The notes: generated from the letters alone by a model not told the origin. Positions 11,235 through 22,989 are shown, counted from the first letter of the stretch. The stretch is DNA of 64,000 bases from Lama guanicoe (GCA_013239625.1 MU057344.1:1924276-1988275); one strand, 5' to 3'. Numbers and translations: made by a program.

Positions 11235-12629
11235 GGAAAACCTGGGGGGCTACCTCTGCAGCATCCCTCTTGCTGTGTCCACTCGGGGCTGGGCTGAGCT
11301 TTCTGTGCTGCTGCCCACCGTGGGGCAGGATGGACAGCCGTGCCGACACAGGTTGTCTCCCAAGTCTGGGTCCTCTTCAAAGCCCTTCTGACCAGCAGTT
11401 GAAAACCGGGCCTGGAAATTCAGGACGTGGCATGGTGCTGCGTCTTACGTTGAGTCATCTGCGTTTGCCGTGTGGGGGCAGGAGTATGTTGGTAGGATAA
11501 AAAACAGCTGAGTATCAGCAATCTCGGGGTTGGACTTGATACTAAAAGAGATGAATCCTTATCTGTTAGAAGTGTCTGCTGACCCATGGCAGGTGAAACT
11601 GTGTATAGTTTGTAGAATTGGCTCTGGCTGGAGGACAGACACGCTGAGACCGGGCTGGGGATGGACCCATGGGTTCACTGCGCCATCTTCTCTACTTCTG
11701 AGTGTGTCTGGAAATTTTGACAGAGAGGACTAGAAGGGAAACATGCAGACCCGGGTAGAGATGGTGGCTCCCCCGCCTCCCGCTCTGGTTCCCGCTGGGC
11801 AGGGACGTCGCCAGGTCACTGTGCAGAGGGCATGGCATCCACCCGGAGCAGGGGGCACGGCCGGCCCGCCAGCCCCAGGGCTCCTGGCCACGCTCCGCCC
11901 CATCTGCCCCAAGGCTCCAGGCCGGCCACGTGGCTTCCACAGCTCCAATGTCATCACCTAGGTGACCGGGACGCTGCTTCCACTGCCTGCTTGCCCAGCC
12001 ACGAGCTGAGGGCTTCCCGGCTGCCTCTCCACACACAGACCCTCCAGGCTCCACCAAGGTAGGCTTAGAGTCTGGCTGGCCCTCCTCTTCCAGGAGCCAC
12101 TGGGGGCTCCTCGGGGCCACCCTGGGGTTCAGCAGCTTCTCCCCACTGGCTTCCCCCAGGCACTTGGAAACAGGCTGCCCGGGGGACACGGGTGGCAGAC
12201 AGGCCAGCGTTGTGGGGCCGTGCTCGAAGTTCCCTTACTGGGACTTGAGCTGTGCATGGCCATCTGCCCCCAGGGGTGGCGGGGCAACTTTATAACCCAG
12301 GCCCAGGGGTAGATGGGTGGGGGACAGAAGTCACTCTGGTGCCGCCACCTCCAGCCCTTGGACCCGCAGGAATTCTCTTCACTTCCTGCCAAGGAGACCC
12401 TTGCCCACAGAGGATCACCGTGCCCCAGCCCCATGGGGCCAGCCCTGAAGGGGCTTTCCCGGCTCCCTCACACATATAAGTTCCCAGAGTCTGCCCTGGC
12501 CACTCCCGCCCTCACTCTGCTGGGTCGGTTCCCTGTGCTGCCCACACGCTGGTCTCCCGGGGCCGGGGAGCCTCCAGGGCCTCGGACTTGAACGGAGGGG
12601 CCAGTGTGGGGTATGCACTGTGATGAGGG

Positions 12630-12745
12630 AATGTGTGCGTATGCAGGTGCGTATGCATGTGAGTATATGTGTGTATTCACCGTGCAGGTGTGTGTGCATG
12701 CAGACGTGCGTGCATGTGTGCATGCGTGTGCATGTGTGCGTGTAC
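12630..12745. repeat. (TG/CA)-rich alternating purine-pyrimidine low-complexity tract
   Basis: atgtgtgcgtatgca...gtgcatgtgtgcatgcgtgtgcatgtgtgcgtgtac. Confidence 0.85.
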
Positions 12746-12959
12746 TTTGATGGTGCTGACGGGAGTGGGGTGAGCAGGGGCTGGCTCTCCTCCCCGCACA
12801 CTCCTGCCGGGAAGCAGCACCTCTGGAGTTTGAGTCGAAGGAGGGGTGAGTGTTTGACAGAGACACAACCACTGGCAGATTACAAGCCGCCCCAGTGGTC
12901 AGACAGGAGCTGATTTTCACCCCTGAGCGGCCCAGGGAATCCTGCTAGATGCTTTTGCG

Positions 12960-13050
12960 TAAATCAACCCTGCATGGTGGGTGTGACTTCCCCAATTCTA
13001 CAGATGAGAAAACAGAGGCCCTGAATGTGCGCACAGCTGGTACGTGGTGG
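12960..13050 (-). mobile_element. MIR fragment
   Basis: Reverse core ccccaattctacagatgagaaaacagaggcc. Confidence 0.6.
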
Positions 13051-13860
13051 GAGGCCCCTGAATCTGCAGCTGGTTGAAGGACTCAAAAGCACATTAACTG
13101 GATGTGGGTCAGCTTAGAAGGGGTTCTGGGGCAGGACAGGTGTCCTCATCCCTTCCTGTCCCTTCCTGTGTCCCCTTGGTTTATGCCCCCACCTCGCCTG
13201 GACCCAGCCAAGACTGCCCCACTGACCACCAGCCTCTGGGTTCGCCCACCCCACAATGTGCCCCCCAGGATGACCTTCCCCACCAGAATCCCACTGCATC
13301 CCTCTGGGAGCTGAACCCTGTCCTCAACCCCCAAGGCCCATGGAGGCAGGTCCAGAGCCCTTCCTGTGGCCGAGACCTCTGGGCACCCTGTCCACTCTGC
13401 AGCCCTCCTTGCTCTTCCCACCTCCCCAGACCCGAAGGGCCAGCAGGATCCTCCTTGGCCGCGCTCCGTGCCATCGGTGCCCCTCTGGGAGGGAGGAGGA
13501 TGGGACCCTCTCCATTAGCTTGCAAGACCCGAAAATGGCAACTCACTGTGGGCCTTCATTTACCCTTGGGCTGACCCTGGTCCTGTCCACACCCCTTCAG
13601 GGCACCCTTCACACTGGGCAGGGGAAAAGGCTGGCTCTCTTGTCTGTCCCCCAAGAGGGAGTCCCCCTGGAGGGCGGGGTGCCTGATGGGAAGGGGTTAG
13701 CTGGATGCTAACCAGATTTAGGCTCAAACCCAGCCTTGGCCCTTCTGGGCTGTGTGGCCTGGGCAAGCGGCCCGCTCCCTCTGTGCTTCTGTAAGAACCC
13801 CGGGAAGGTAGGGGCACAGCCGTGCCTCCCTCCTGGGCTACTCTGAAGACTGGATCAAGA

Positions 13861-13913
13861 GAGGGTTCCAGGCTGGGTTGACTCCGAGGGTTCCAGGCTG
13901 GGTTGACTCCGAG
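13861..13913. repeat. Perfect 25-bp tandem duplication
   Basis: gagggttccaggctgggttgactcc x2, then gag. Confidence 0.95.
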
Positions 13914-16900
13914 TGAGCACAGGGTAGGTGTCGGCCATCATTATCAGAAGGAGAACCCCAGGGCTGGGGAGGGAAGGTGGGGGCAGGAAGAGGCAGGTGG
14001 GGCAGAGGCAGCTCTTGAAAGGCAGCTCTGAGGAACACTGATGGATGTTTCTGGAATGAGTAAGGGGTGGATGGACCAATGTCAGGACAACATGGATGAA
14101 GTCACATCCGATGTCAGCTGACTTCAGAGCCGGATTGGAACGTAACTCATGAGTCAGACAGAGCGCTCGGGGGCGGGGGGCACTGCTGCCTCCTCCCCGG
14201 GGGACGAGGTCAGGCAGCCGAGTGGGGATGGCGGCGGGGGGGCGAGGGTGGGGAGCTGAGTGGGGATGGGTAGAGAGTCAGGAAATTAGCATATCCTGGG
14301 CTCACAGTGCAGAGCCCAGAGGGGAGAAGTCAGGAGGCTGCAAAGGAGGGGCACTCAGCTGAGTGGGTGCCCTTCAAGGAAGGTGGAGGAGTCTGGAGCG
14401 GGGCGGCCAGGTGGGAATGAAGCTTTGGGAACAGCCGTGCATGGCAGGGTTGCAGGAGCAGATTCTTGTCGGGGGAAGAGGTTCTGGAGGACAGAGCAGG
14501 GCGCCCTGGCATGTAGAGGTGTGACCCCAGGAGGGAGGGGTTGGAGGAGACAGATGGAAAGGATGGGGGTGCCTGGCAGCCTGGTGGGCAAGAGGGTGGC
14601 ATCCTGTTGGGGTGAGGCTAGCAGCCCCGGTGCCCAGTGAGGTTCCACAGTGGTCCCCTGCCAGGTGGTTCCCCAAGGCAGAGGCTCCTCCAGCGAAGAT
14701 GGCTGTTTGCCCCTAAGGGATACCTGTACCTGTGCCAGTCACCTGCTCATACGGGTATCAACTGCCACCTGCACTGTGTCAGGGACTCTTGGCCCGGGGG
14801 ATACAGCAGTGACCCCAGCCTTGGGGACCCTGACTCGTGGAGTGAGACGACAGGAAGCATCCAGGGCTGATGAGGGCTTCCACGGGTTTCTCTGGTGATG
14901 GGAGCTGATCCCACACATGCTGCAGGTGACAAGGCAGTGCACTGCTGGGGAATCAGGGAAGGGGGTGCGGCTATAAACCGGGCAGCGCTGGAGCCAGCCC
15001 GCTGGCTTCAGGCACAGGGGCCAAACCAGCCTGGTGCTCCCTCGGCAGAAGGGCCAGTGCACAAGCAGGTGAGGAGGTGGAGGTGTGGTGGGGGTGGGGG
15101 TAGGGTGGAGAGGGTCCAGGGTCAGATGAGGCAGAAGCAGGGAGAGCCGCTGAGAGGCGGCTGTACTTACCAGGAACAGGGTGCAGGAGGGAGTCGAGGG
15201 ACTCGGGCACTGGGGTGGCCCCGTGGCTGGGAGCACCGGATTCCAGATCCCTGTGGAGGCGGGGTTGGAGGTAGGCAGTGAGACGGAGGGGTCCAGGATG
15301 CGCCCAGCAACCGTCCACTCCCTGCCATGCTCAGCTGTCAAGTGGAACGAGTCAGGGCTGAAGGCTCACACAGCTGCTCTGCCCCCAAGCTTCTCCATCA
15401 CCAGCCTCCTGAGTCTCCCAGCTCTGCAGCTGCCCCTCCTCCGGGGGCCCCATCCTACCCCATGCTGGCCTGAACCTCCCTCAAGTCTGCTCCCACTCCC
15501 CAGCCTGGCCCCCTGTCTGGGTGCTGTCGTGGAAGCCCCGTCCCACCAGGTGGCACAGGTGGGCTCAGGGCGCATCACATCTCCAAGCTGAGGGCTGCCA
15601 TGCCAGCCAGCCTTGACCTGTCCCTGCACTGCCCCCTCCTTACACCTAGGACCCCCCCATCAGTGTCACCCCCTACCCTGCTCCCTTCTTAGAGAAAGTT
15701 TACCCCCCATCAGACCTCTTGTGCCTCTGACTGCCCCCTCCCCCCACCTACAAACTCACCTGATGCCCCGCTTTCTCCACGCTGGGCAGGGACGGAGGGC
15801 TGAGGCTTTTCCTCCACTTGGCCTCTGCTCCTAGGGTCCAGACTTTGAAGTCCAAGCAGGAATCAATTATGTTGCCCCCAGCGGGGAGTGTGCCAGGCAG
15901 TGCCCGGCTGCAGAGCAGAAAACCAAGGGACAGGAGCCGTGTGTCCTGGTGGGACCTGCACACGTAGGGAGCGGAGGCTGGGACTGGGGGGACGCCATGG
16001 GCAGGTCAGCAGAGGGCAGGGTGGGCCCCGGATGTGGGTGGGGCCTCTATGTGCAGGTGAAGAAAGACGGTGGACCAGGGACTTCCCAGCAGAATGCGGG
16101 TGGGGCTGTGTGGGTGGGAACGCAGGCTGGGGAGGGGCTGTGGCCCTTGGGGCTCACCTCCTGAAGGAGGGGTCAAGTAGAGGGCAGGGTCAGGAGCAAG
16201 GGCACAGGTGCCCGCCGGCCGGGCCGGGCTCCCCGCTCCGACGGCCGTGTCTCCGGGCATGTGACCTGACCTCTGTGTGCATGTTTCTGTGGTCGGCACA
16301 GCCAGAGGCCCTGTGCGCCGCCCCGCTGTGATGTCACCAGGCTTTGGTGTTTCTGTGTTTCGTCTGGCTGCACATGTTCCTCCACCAGGGAGCTGGTGGG
16401 TGGCAGCCCTCTCCGGCAGGGCGGTGGGGCGTGCGCTGGTGGGTCCCCCACACTCCTAGCAAAGGTCTGGGTCAACCAGGAGCCTGGCCGCCCTGGAGGA
16501 TTTGGTCAGCCATTTCCTTCCAGAAGGGCGTGAAGCCCACGTGGTCAGAGAGCCACCACCCAGCTCCCTGCCTCACGTGGGTGCTAAGCCAACCGTTAGA
16601 TTCAAACAGAAACTGCCGGGCAACCCCGCTGTGCTCCGGACGGGGCCCAGGTGCCGGAGGGGAGCCGTTCCTTCCCTGGGCCGGGCTGCAGGAGGAGGCT
16701 GATTGTGGGGGACCGAGGCTGGCGGCCGGGTAAGAGGCTGGTGGGGTGCGAGGCCTCAGGGATGGGGGGATTCCTGGGGCCGCTCCCAGAGCCCGCCTCC
16801 CCCGCCTTCCCGTGGGCCCCGGCCCAGGAGGGACAGAGGGCAGCTTAATCGGGCACCTCCAGCTGTTTTCGTGTTTCACAAGTGCACCCTGCCCCAGGGT

Positions 16901-19900
16901 GGGGAGGCTAAATTTGTCTCTCATCATCAGTGCTAGTCTCCCTGCGTGGGCAGAGGGGCGGCAGGGACCCCACCCCAGGGTGACTGAGGCCTCAGCCATG
17001 CTTGCCTCCAGGCCCTGCAGGCCCAGTCTTTCCACAGATGGTCCCGGTGCAGCCCTAGCCGGCCCTGGCCGAGGGTCCTATCCTGACCCCACCCCACCCC
17101 CCACTCGGCAGCGGGGACAGAGGCTGCCCAGGCTCCTGCGGCCACGTGGCCGGGCGCAGGCAGGAGGGGCCGCAAAGATGGCCGCTGCCCTTGCTCCCTG
17201 AAGCGGATGCACTCCTGACTGTCATTCTAGGCTTGACCCCTGCCCTGGCCTGGCCCCTCCTCCGGGCTGAGGGCAGCCCCTTCTAGTGGGTGGCTGGGGC
17301 CACAGAGGCCCCTCAGCTCTGAGGGCCTAGGAGGCTGGGCACCGAGTGTCCTGCTGGAATTAGGCTGGGCCACTGCCGGGGGACAGCGCCATTTCACAGC
17401 CGGGCCGCCTGACCCCTCCACCCAGGTAGGGGGACCTCTGGGCACCGGGACGTTCTGCAGTCCCCTCGAGACGAGGCCACAGGGTGATCAGAAGGGGTCC
17501 AGGAAGGCTGTCAGGGTCCCTCCTACGATGGTGAAGTTTTATGTGCCCCTCAGATTTCAGTCTGTCTTCGTTTACTGGAGTAACCAGGGGAGGAGACACG
17601 GGAATAACCCGCATGGGACAGAGGACAATCGAGACGGAGTTTCTTGGGGTGGGGCTCTTGGGGCCTCTCCTCGCTGAACTGTGGAGCCGTGGCCCCTCCC
17701 CAGAGTCGGTGTCCAGATGGCCGTGGGGGAGGGGCGTGTGCCGGGAGCTGTCCCCCCCACGCTCAGGCCAGACGTCCATGCTCTCCATCAGGGCTCATGC
17801 AGGTGGGCTGGGGCCGTCTCCGTGGATGGGGGAGTCACAGGGGCCTCAGTTTACAAGAGGTGATTTCAGACCCCTGGGCAGGGGCAGATGGAGGAAACGG
17901 GGAAGCAGGCGGCATCGATACCCTCCGGGCCGATGAGGCTGTCCGAGGGGCCACACAGCTGCCGGCTCTCTGTGCTCTGCCACCTGCCCGGTGCTGAGGG
18001 GTGGCCTGATCCGCAGTCAGGGAGGACAGCGGTTTCCTGGAGGAGGCAGAGCCTGGCCTGGCTTGGCAGGATGAGGGTGGGATGGGGGGTGGACGGTGGA
18101 CCCAAGTTGAGTCTGGAGGCAGCCCCCGTTGGGGTGCATGGGAACAGGGCAGGTGGCAGGGAGGGGACATGTGCGAAGAGGACGGGGGTGCAGGGGAGGT
18201 GGGGGCTCTTGCTGGGACCTGTGGGAGGCAAGGTCAGGGGCTTTAGCCGAGCTCTGGGAAAGAAGGCCTGCAGCCCCTCGGGGCCTCCGGCCCCCACCAG
18301 CCTGCGCAGGACGGGGTGGGGCCTTCAGCTGGCCTGGCTGTGGCTCGAGTCCCAGCCAGGTCCCTTGGTAGCTCAAGACAAGCTTCCTGGGCCTCTGAGC
18401 GCCTGCTCATCCCTGCCCCAGGGTGGTTGTCACTGCTTGACGGGTCAGTGTGACAGCCTGGGGGCCCTGGCAGCAGCTGGCCCCCTTCTCCCTGCGGCAC
18501 TGGCTGTGTTCTAGAACCTTCTCCCCATGGGGGCTGATGTGCACTGCAGGATGCTGGGTAGCATGGCCTCGCTCAGGTGGCTCTCAGAGACCCGAGAGAA
18601 GCCCTGAGTCACCCCGAGTAGTCAGTGGGGCATGGGGCTGAGTCTCCACTCAAGCCACACAGCCCTCCACGCCGCCCCCCCACGGAGTCACAAACATTTG
18701 CTGGAAATTCTCGGAGGCGAAGCCGTTTCGGCGGCCCCAGCCCGTGGGGTGCTGCGGCAGGTGGGAGGTGCCGAGCACGCCCCGCTCCTCAGGCTGCCTC
18801 TGACCTGGCAGTTCCGGGGCTTGGGGTGGGGACCAGGTGCTCGGTGATTCCTTAAGAGTCCAGCCCCCACCGACGCCGAGCCCCGTCTTCCCGCGCCCAC
18901 GTCCTCCCTGGGGACCCGCCCTCATGTGGACGGGACTCTCCGGCGACCCAGCTCTGTGGGGAAGCAAAGCGGCCCGCCAGGCGTTTGTGCTTTATGACGT
19001 CATCACGGCCACCGGAGGAGGGGTCTCTCTCCCCCACGCACGTGTTTTCAATGGTTTGCAACGTTTGCACGTTCCCGCGTTTGAAGGGCGTGTCGTGGGG
19101 AAACTGGATTTGATTAACAGGAAGTCGTTGAGTTGCTTCCGTTTTCTCACCTCGGTGGACCTGGGCCACCTTGGCCGAAGTGCTGCTGTCAGGTGAAGGG
19201 AGCACACGGTGTCCGCCCCTGGCCGGGGCTGGGCCCAGGGAGCCCTGGGGCTCCCGACGGGGAGCGTCAGTGTTGCCTCTTCCTCGCGCTCCTGCCTGGC
19301 GGCAGCTGGCCCCCGATACCTGCAGGGGCCGGGTCTGCGGCGCCCCCACGCACACTCCAGTGCAGTCAGTTCTTCGGAGTCTTCCAGGCAGGCTGGGCAT
19401 CTGGGCGCCACGTGGCCTCCTGGGTAAATTCCCCCAGTTCTCTGAGTAAGGCAAGGAAGGTTTCTGGACGTGTTTTCCGATGGAGATCCCGTGTGGCAGT
19501 CACCTGTGGAGGCTGGTGGCCGTGCTCAGGTGGATAGCCAAAGGGGTCTCCACAGGGGCGAGGTGGGCCTGTGTGATGCTCTCCTCCTGGGGGCCTGTCC
19601 CAGAGTCACTGTGAGTCCCCCAGCGTGCTGGCTAAGAGTGGACATGGAGTCCTGGGTTTGGGGGATGTACCTGAGGGCAGGAGCTTCAGGATCTGCTGAG
19701 TGCAATGGACTTTGGAGACCCTGGGCCACCTCTGCCTTCTAGTAGGGGGTTGAGCTGGGTGAGGAGCGTGGGGTGAAAGGGAGAGATGCTTGTTGTGCCC
19801 CGGAGTTGGGGCTCCCTGTCCCCTCCCCTCCCCCGGCTGTTCTGATGGGAGGGAGGTGCAGGGACGTGGGTGTGGGAGCCGGGGGAGGGGCCTCTCTTCC

Positions 19901-20079
19901 TCATCCTGATGGGGAGATTCTCGGTGCTGACTTGCCTCCCCAGATGCTGCTGAGAACTTGGACAGGGCTTTGGGAGAGAAACTGTCTTTCACTGCCTTGC
20001 AGCTGGCAGGGTAACGCACCCAGGATGCACTGTGCAGCTCTGATTCTCCCTGTGAGCTACGCCAGGCTCCTTCTCTTAA

Positions 20080-20480
20080 ATTAAAAATGTTTTATTGAGG
20101 TGAAATTCACACAACAGAAAACTCACCCCTTGCAAGTGAACAGTTCAGGGGCATTTAGCACACTTGGCGGTGTGCAACCATCACCTTGGGCTAGTTCCAG
20201 CTGTCACACCCCATCCCCGCCCCAGTGCCTCGGGCGCCAGTCTACACCCACCTCCCCCCATCTCTGTGGCGTCCCCTGCTCTGCGCGTTTCGTCAGTGGA
20301 CTTGTGTGGCTTGTGGCTTCTTCCGCGCAGCAGGATGTTGTGAGGCTCACAGTGGTGTCGCCTGTGTGAGTGATGGTGCCTTTTTACGGCGGAGCAATAC
20401 TCCGTTGTGTGGACCTGCGGGGATTGGTCTATGTGTCTGACCGTCAATGTACATTCGGGCTGCTTCCACCTTTCTTGTGA
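20080..20480 (-). mobile_element. L1M (L1MB-like) 3' end fragment
   Basis: tttattgaggtgaaattcacacaacagaaaactcacccc...gcatttagcacac...gtgcaaccatcacc. Confidence 0.75.
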
Positions 20481-21674
20481 CCGGTGCTGCCCTCACAAGA
20501 TCCTGCTGTCCCCTTGCTGTGTGACATTAGTTAGGTCGTTGTCCATCTCTGGGCTTAGGTGGTCCACTGGCAAAGTGAAGGAGGTGGGACTGGCCCAGGC
20601 CAGTTGAACCCCGTGTTGGCACACCCTGCCCACCCCAAGAGGCTGGCCTGACTAATCTCTGCTCACCCAGCAAGGACCAGCTTCGGGAAGGGGTGAGGGT
20701 GGACTTCTGCCCAGCTTTGGGTGGGATGTTCCACTTCCTACCAAGTCCAGCCTGTTCTGCATTACCAGGTGGCCAGCTCCACCCCTGACCCTCAGCTCCA
20801 CTGGGTTTTGGACAGCTCAGCCCAGGATGGGAGTGACCTCCCCAGCACAGGAGGCATACAAGTGAGCATTGGCTAGCCCCTTATTAAAACCCTGTGGGTT
20901 GTGTGCTGAAGGTTGGAGGTGGAGAGGGGAGGAGGCATGGGAAAGTTAATTCCCAACTCTGAGAAAACCACTTGGTTGTCCCTGCATTTACAGCTGTGCT
21001 ATGTGACCTCAGCAGGTCGCATAACCTCTCTGAGCTCTGGTCTCTTGAAAGTAGGTGGGAAAGTCTCCGAGCCTGCAGGAGAGTCGGTCTGTGGCCAGCA
21101 CTTCCTAAGCTACTTGTCTTGGCCATCCTCACTTGGCCCCACCTTAGCCTCCCCCGCCCAGCCCTCCCAGCCCCTGCCATGCTCCAGAGATGGTGGCCTG
21201 GCACGTGGCAGCCCTGGGAGCACGCCACAGGCCTCTATCAGTGCCCACCGCCTGGGGACAGACAAAGCGACAGATTGCAGCCACACCCTCCCTCCCCCGA
21301 CGGCCATGGGCAGGTCCGGGCCTGCCCGCTTGGGCACTGCCAGGCGGTGGCCGAGCTGATTCCCGCAGGCCCCTTGCCAAGGACCTGGAGGCCGGCCCAG
21401 GGGAGGTGACGCCTCGGCCTGGGTGGGGGCAGTGGGCAGGGTGGGCTCTGGTTTCCCTGCCCCTCCCCCCACTGTAGGACCAAGGGTCCCAGCTGTGCCC
21501 AATATGGTCACGATCACCTCCTCCTGGGTGGCGGGGTCTGCGTCGGGTGGGACCTGGGCTTGGAGGTTCTCAGAAGGGACAGCAGTGGGGACAAAGGCCA
21601 GCAGATCGGGACACTTCCTGAACACGAGTGCCGTGACCCCTGCTCCTGGGACAGAGCAGGTTCTCGGCCTTGGC

Positions 21675-21712
21675 TTGGTGGCTGCCCCGTGGGTTGGTGG
21701 CTGCCCCGTGGG
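21675..21712. repeat. Perfect 19-bp tandem duplication
   Basis: ttggtggctgccccgtggg x2. Confidence 0.9.
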
Positions 21713-22286
21713 CTTGGCATTGCTTTTGCATTCAGGCTGCAGGCGATGATCCCGAAGGACACCCAGCGCCGCAGCAGTCGGGCCCGGCCAGGCTCACACG
21801 GGTCCTGACACACATTCTTCCCGCAGAACGGGGGAGGGGGGCATCCTGGGATGCGGGGGCATTGGGAGCCCCCAAACCTGGCTCATGCCCTCCCCCGGCC
21901 AAACCTAGAGACCCAGATCATGACAATAACGACCCCCCGTGTCCGAGTGTTATAATCCAGGCACAGCAGAGACTTTAAATCTGTGCTCCCAGCGAGCCCT
22001 GAAGCAGCCCCATGTGGGGGCGCTGTTGTCACCCCCACTTCACGGGGGTGGTTCTGAGAAGCCCCTGCCGCCCAGGCCCCCAGCTGGGTCTGACGCCACC
22101 CCCAGGCCTCGGGTTCCCACCCGGGACGGGGCAGGGGGGAAGGAAGGTGTATGAGGGCGCGCCCCAGGGTGTCCTCGTCGGCCCCGCCCGCCGCCTGCAT
22201 CCCCAGAACGCTGTCCCAGGAGCCCCGAGGACGCCGTACGAACCCTCACTGTGCTTTCCTCCTGGCAGAGCGAGCTGTGTGAGAAG

Positions 22287-22354
22287 ATGTCCCAGTCCAC
22301 CCAGTCCGCCGCTGCCGACGAGGGCGCCACGTTCCAGCACCTCTGGAGCTCCCT
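22287..22354 (+). CDS. TP73: TP73 exon 2 coding part (TA domain start); exon spans 22269-22354
   Basis: Acceptor ggcag|AGCGAG. ATG at 22287 gives MSQSTQSAAADEGATFQHLWSS(L), with the p53-family FxxLW motif. Donor CT|GTGAGT. Confidence 0.93.
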
Positions 22355-22730
22355 GTGAGTGCTCCCGCCACCCCCAGGCCGGGCCGGGGCAGGGCTGGGC
22401 CCAAGGGGGGGCCGGGGCGCTGCTGCCTCGGGACGCAGCTTCTCCTGGGGATGCAGGGCCCAAAGTCTGGGCTCTGTCCCCTGACCAGTCCTGAGAGGGG
22501 TCAGGGCCTGTGTGTGGCCACACCTCCTGGCCCCCTCACCGGCCCTGGAGAGGCTGGAGAAGGAGGGAGGAGGTGGGGGCTGCAGGAGCTGAGGGTCAGG
22601 GAGGCAGCAAAGGACACAAGAGGCTGAAGGAACCCTTGCAGGCGTGAGAGGGAGGCCCCATGGGAGGACCTGCAGGCTGGCCGGGCTGGGTGGACAGCTT
22701 TGCTCCCCCTCTGTTTCCCTCTCTGTCCAG

Positions 22731-22851
22731 GGAGCCGGACAGCACCTACTTTGACCTTCCCCAGTCTGGCCGAGGGAATGCAGAGGTGGCGGGCAGTGCA
22801 GAGGCCAGCATGGACGTCTTCCACCTGCAGGGCATGACCTCGTCTGTCATG
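22731..22851 (+). CDS. TP73: TP73 exon 3 (transactivation domain)
   Basis: 121 nt, ccag|G...ATG|gtgagt. Encodes EPDSTYFDLPQSGRGNAEVAGSAEASMDVFHLQGMTSSVM. Confidence 0.96.
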
Positions 22852-22989
22852 GTGAGTGGGGCTGCCCTCTGTGGAGGACTTGGGGTTGGGGCAGTCAACG
22901 TGGACTGTCCTGTCTTGGGAGCCTGCAGAACCAGGAAATAGGCTCTCAGGTGTACAGCTTCCTCTGTGGATTTGTCAGCACATTTCAGA

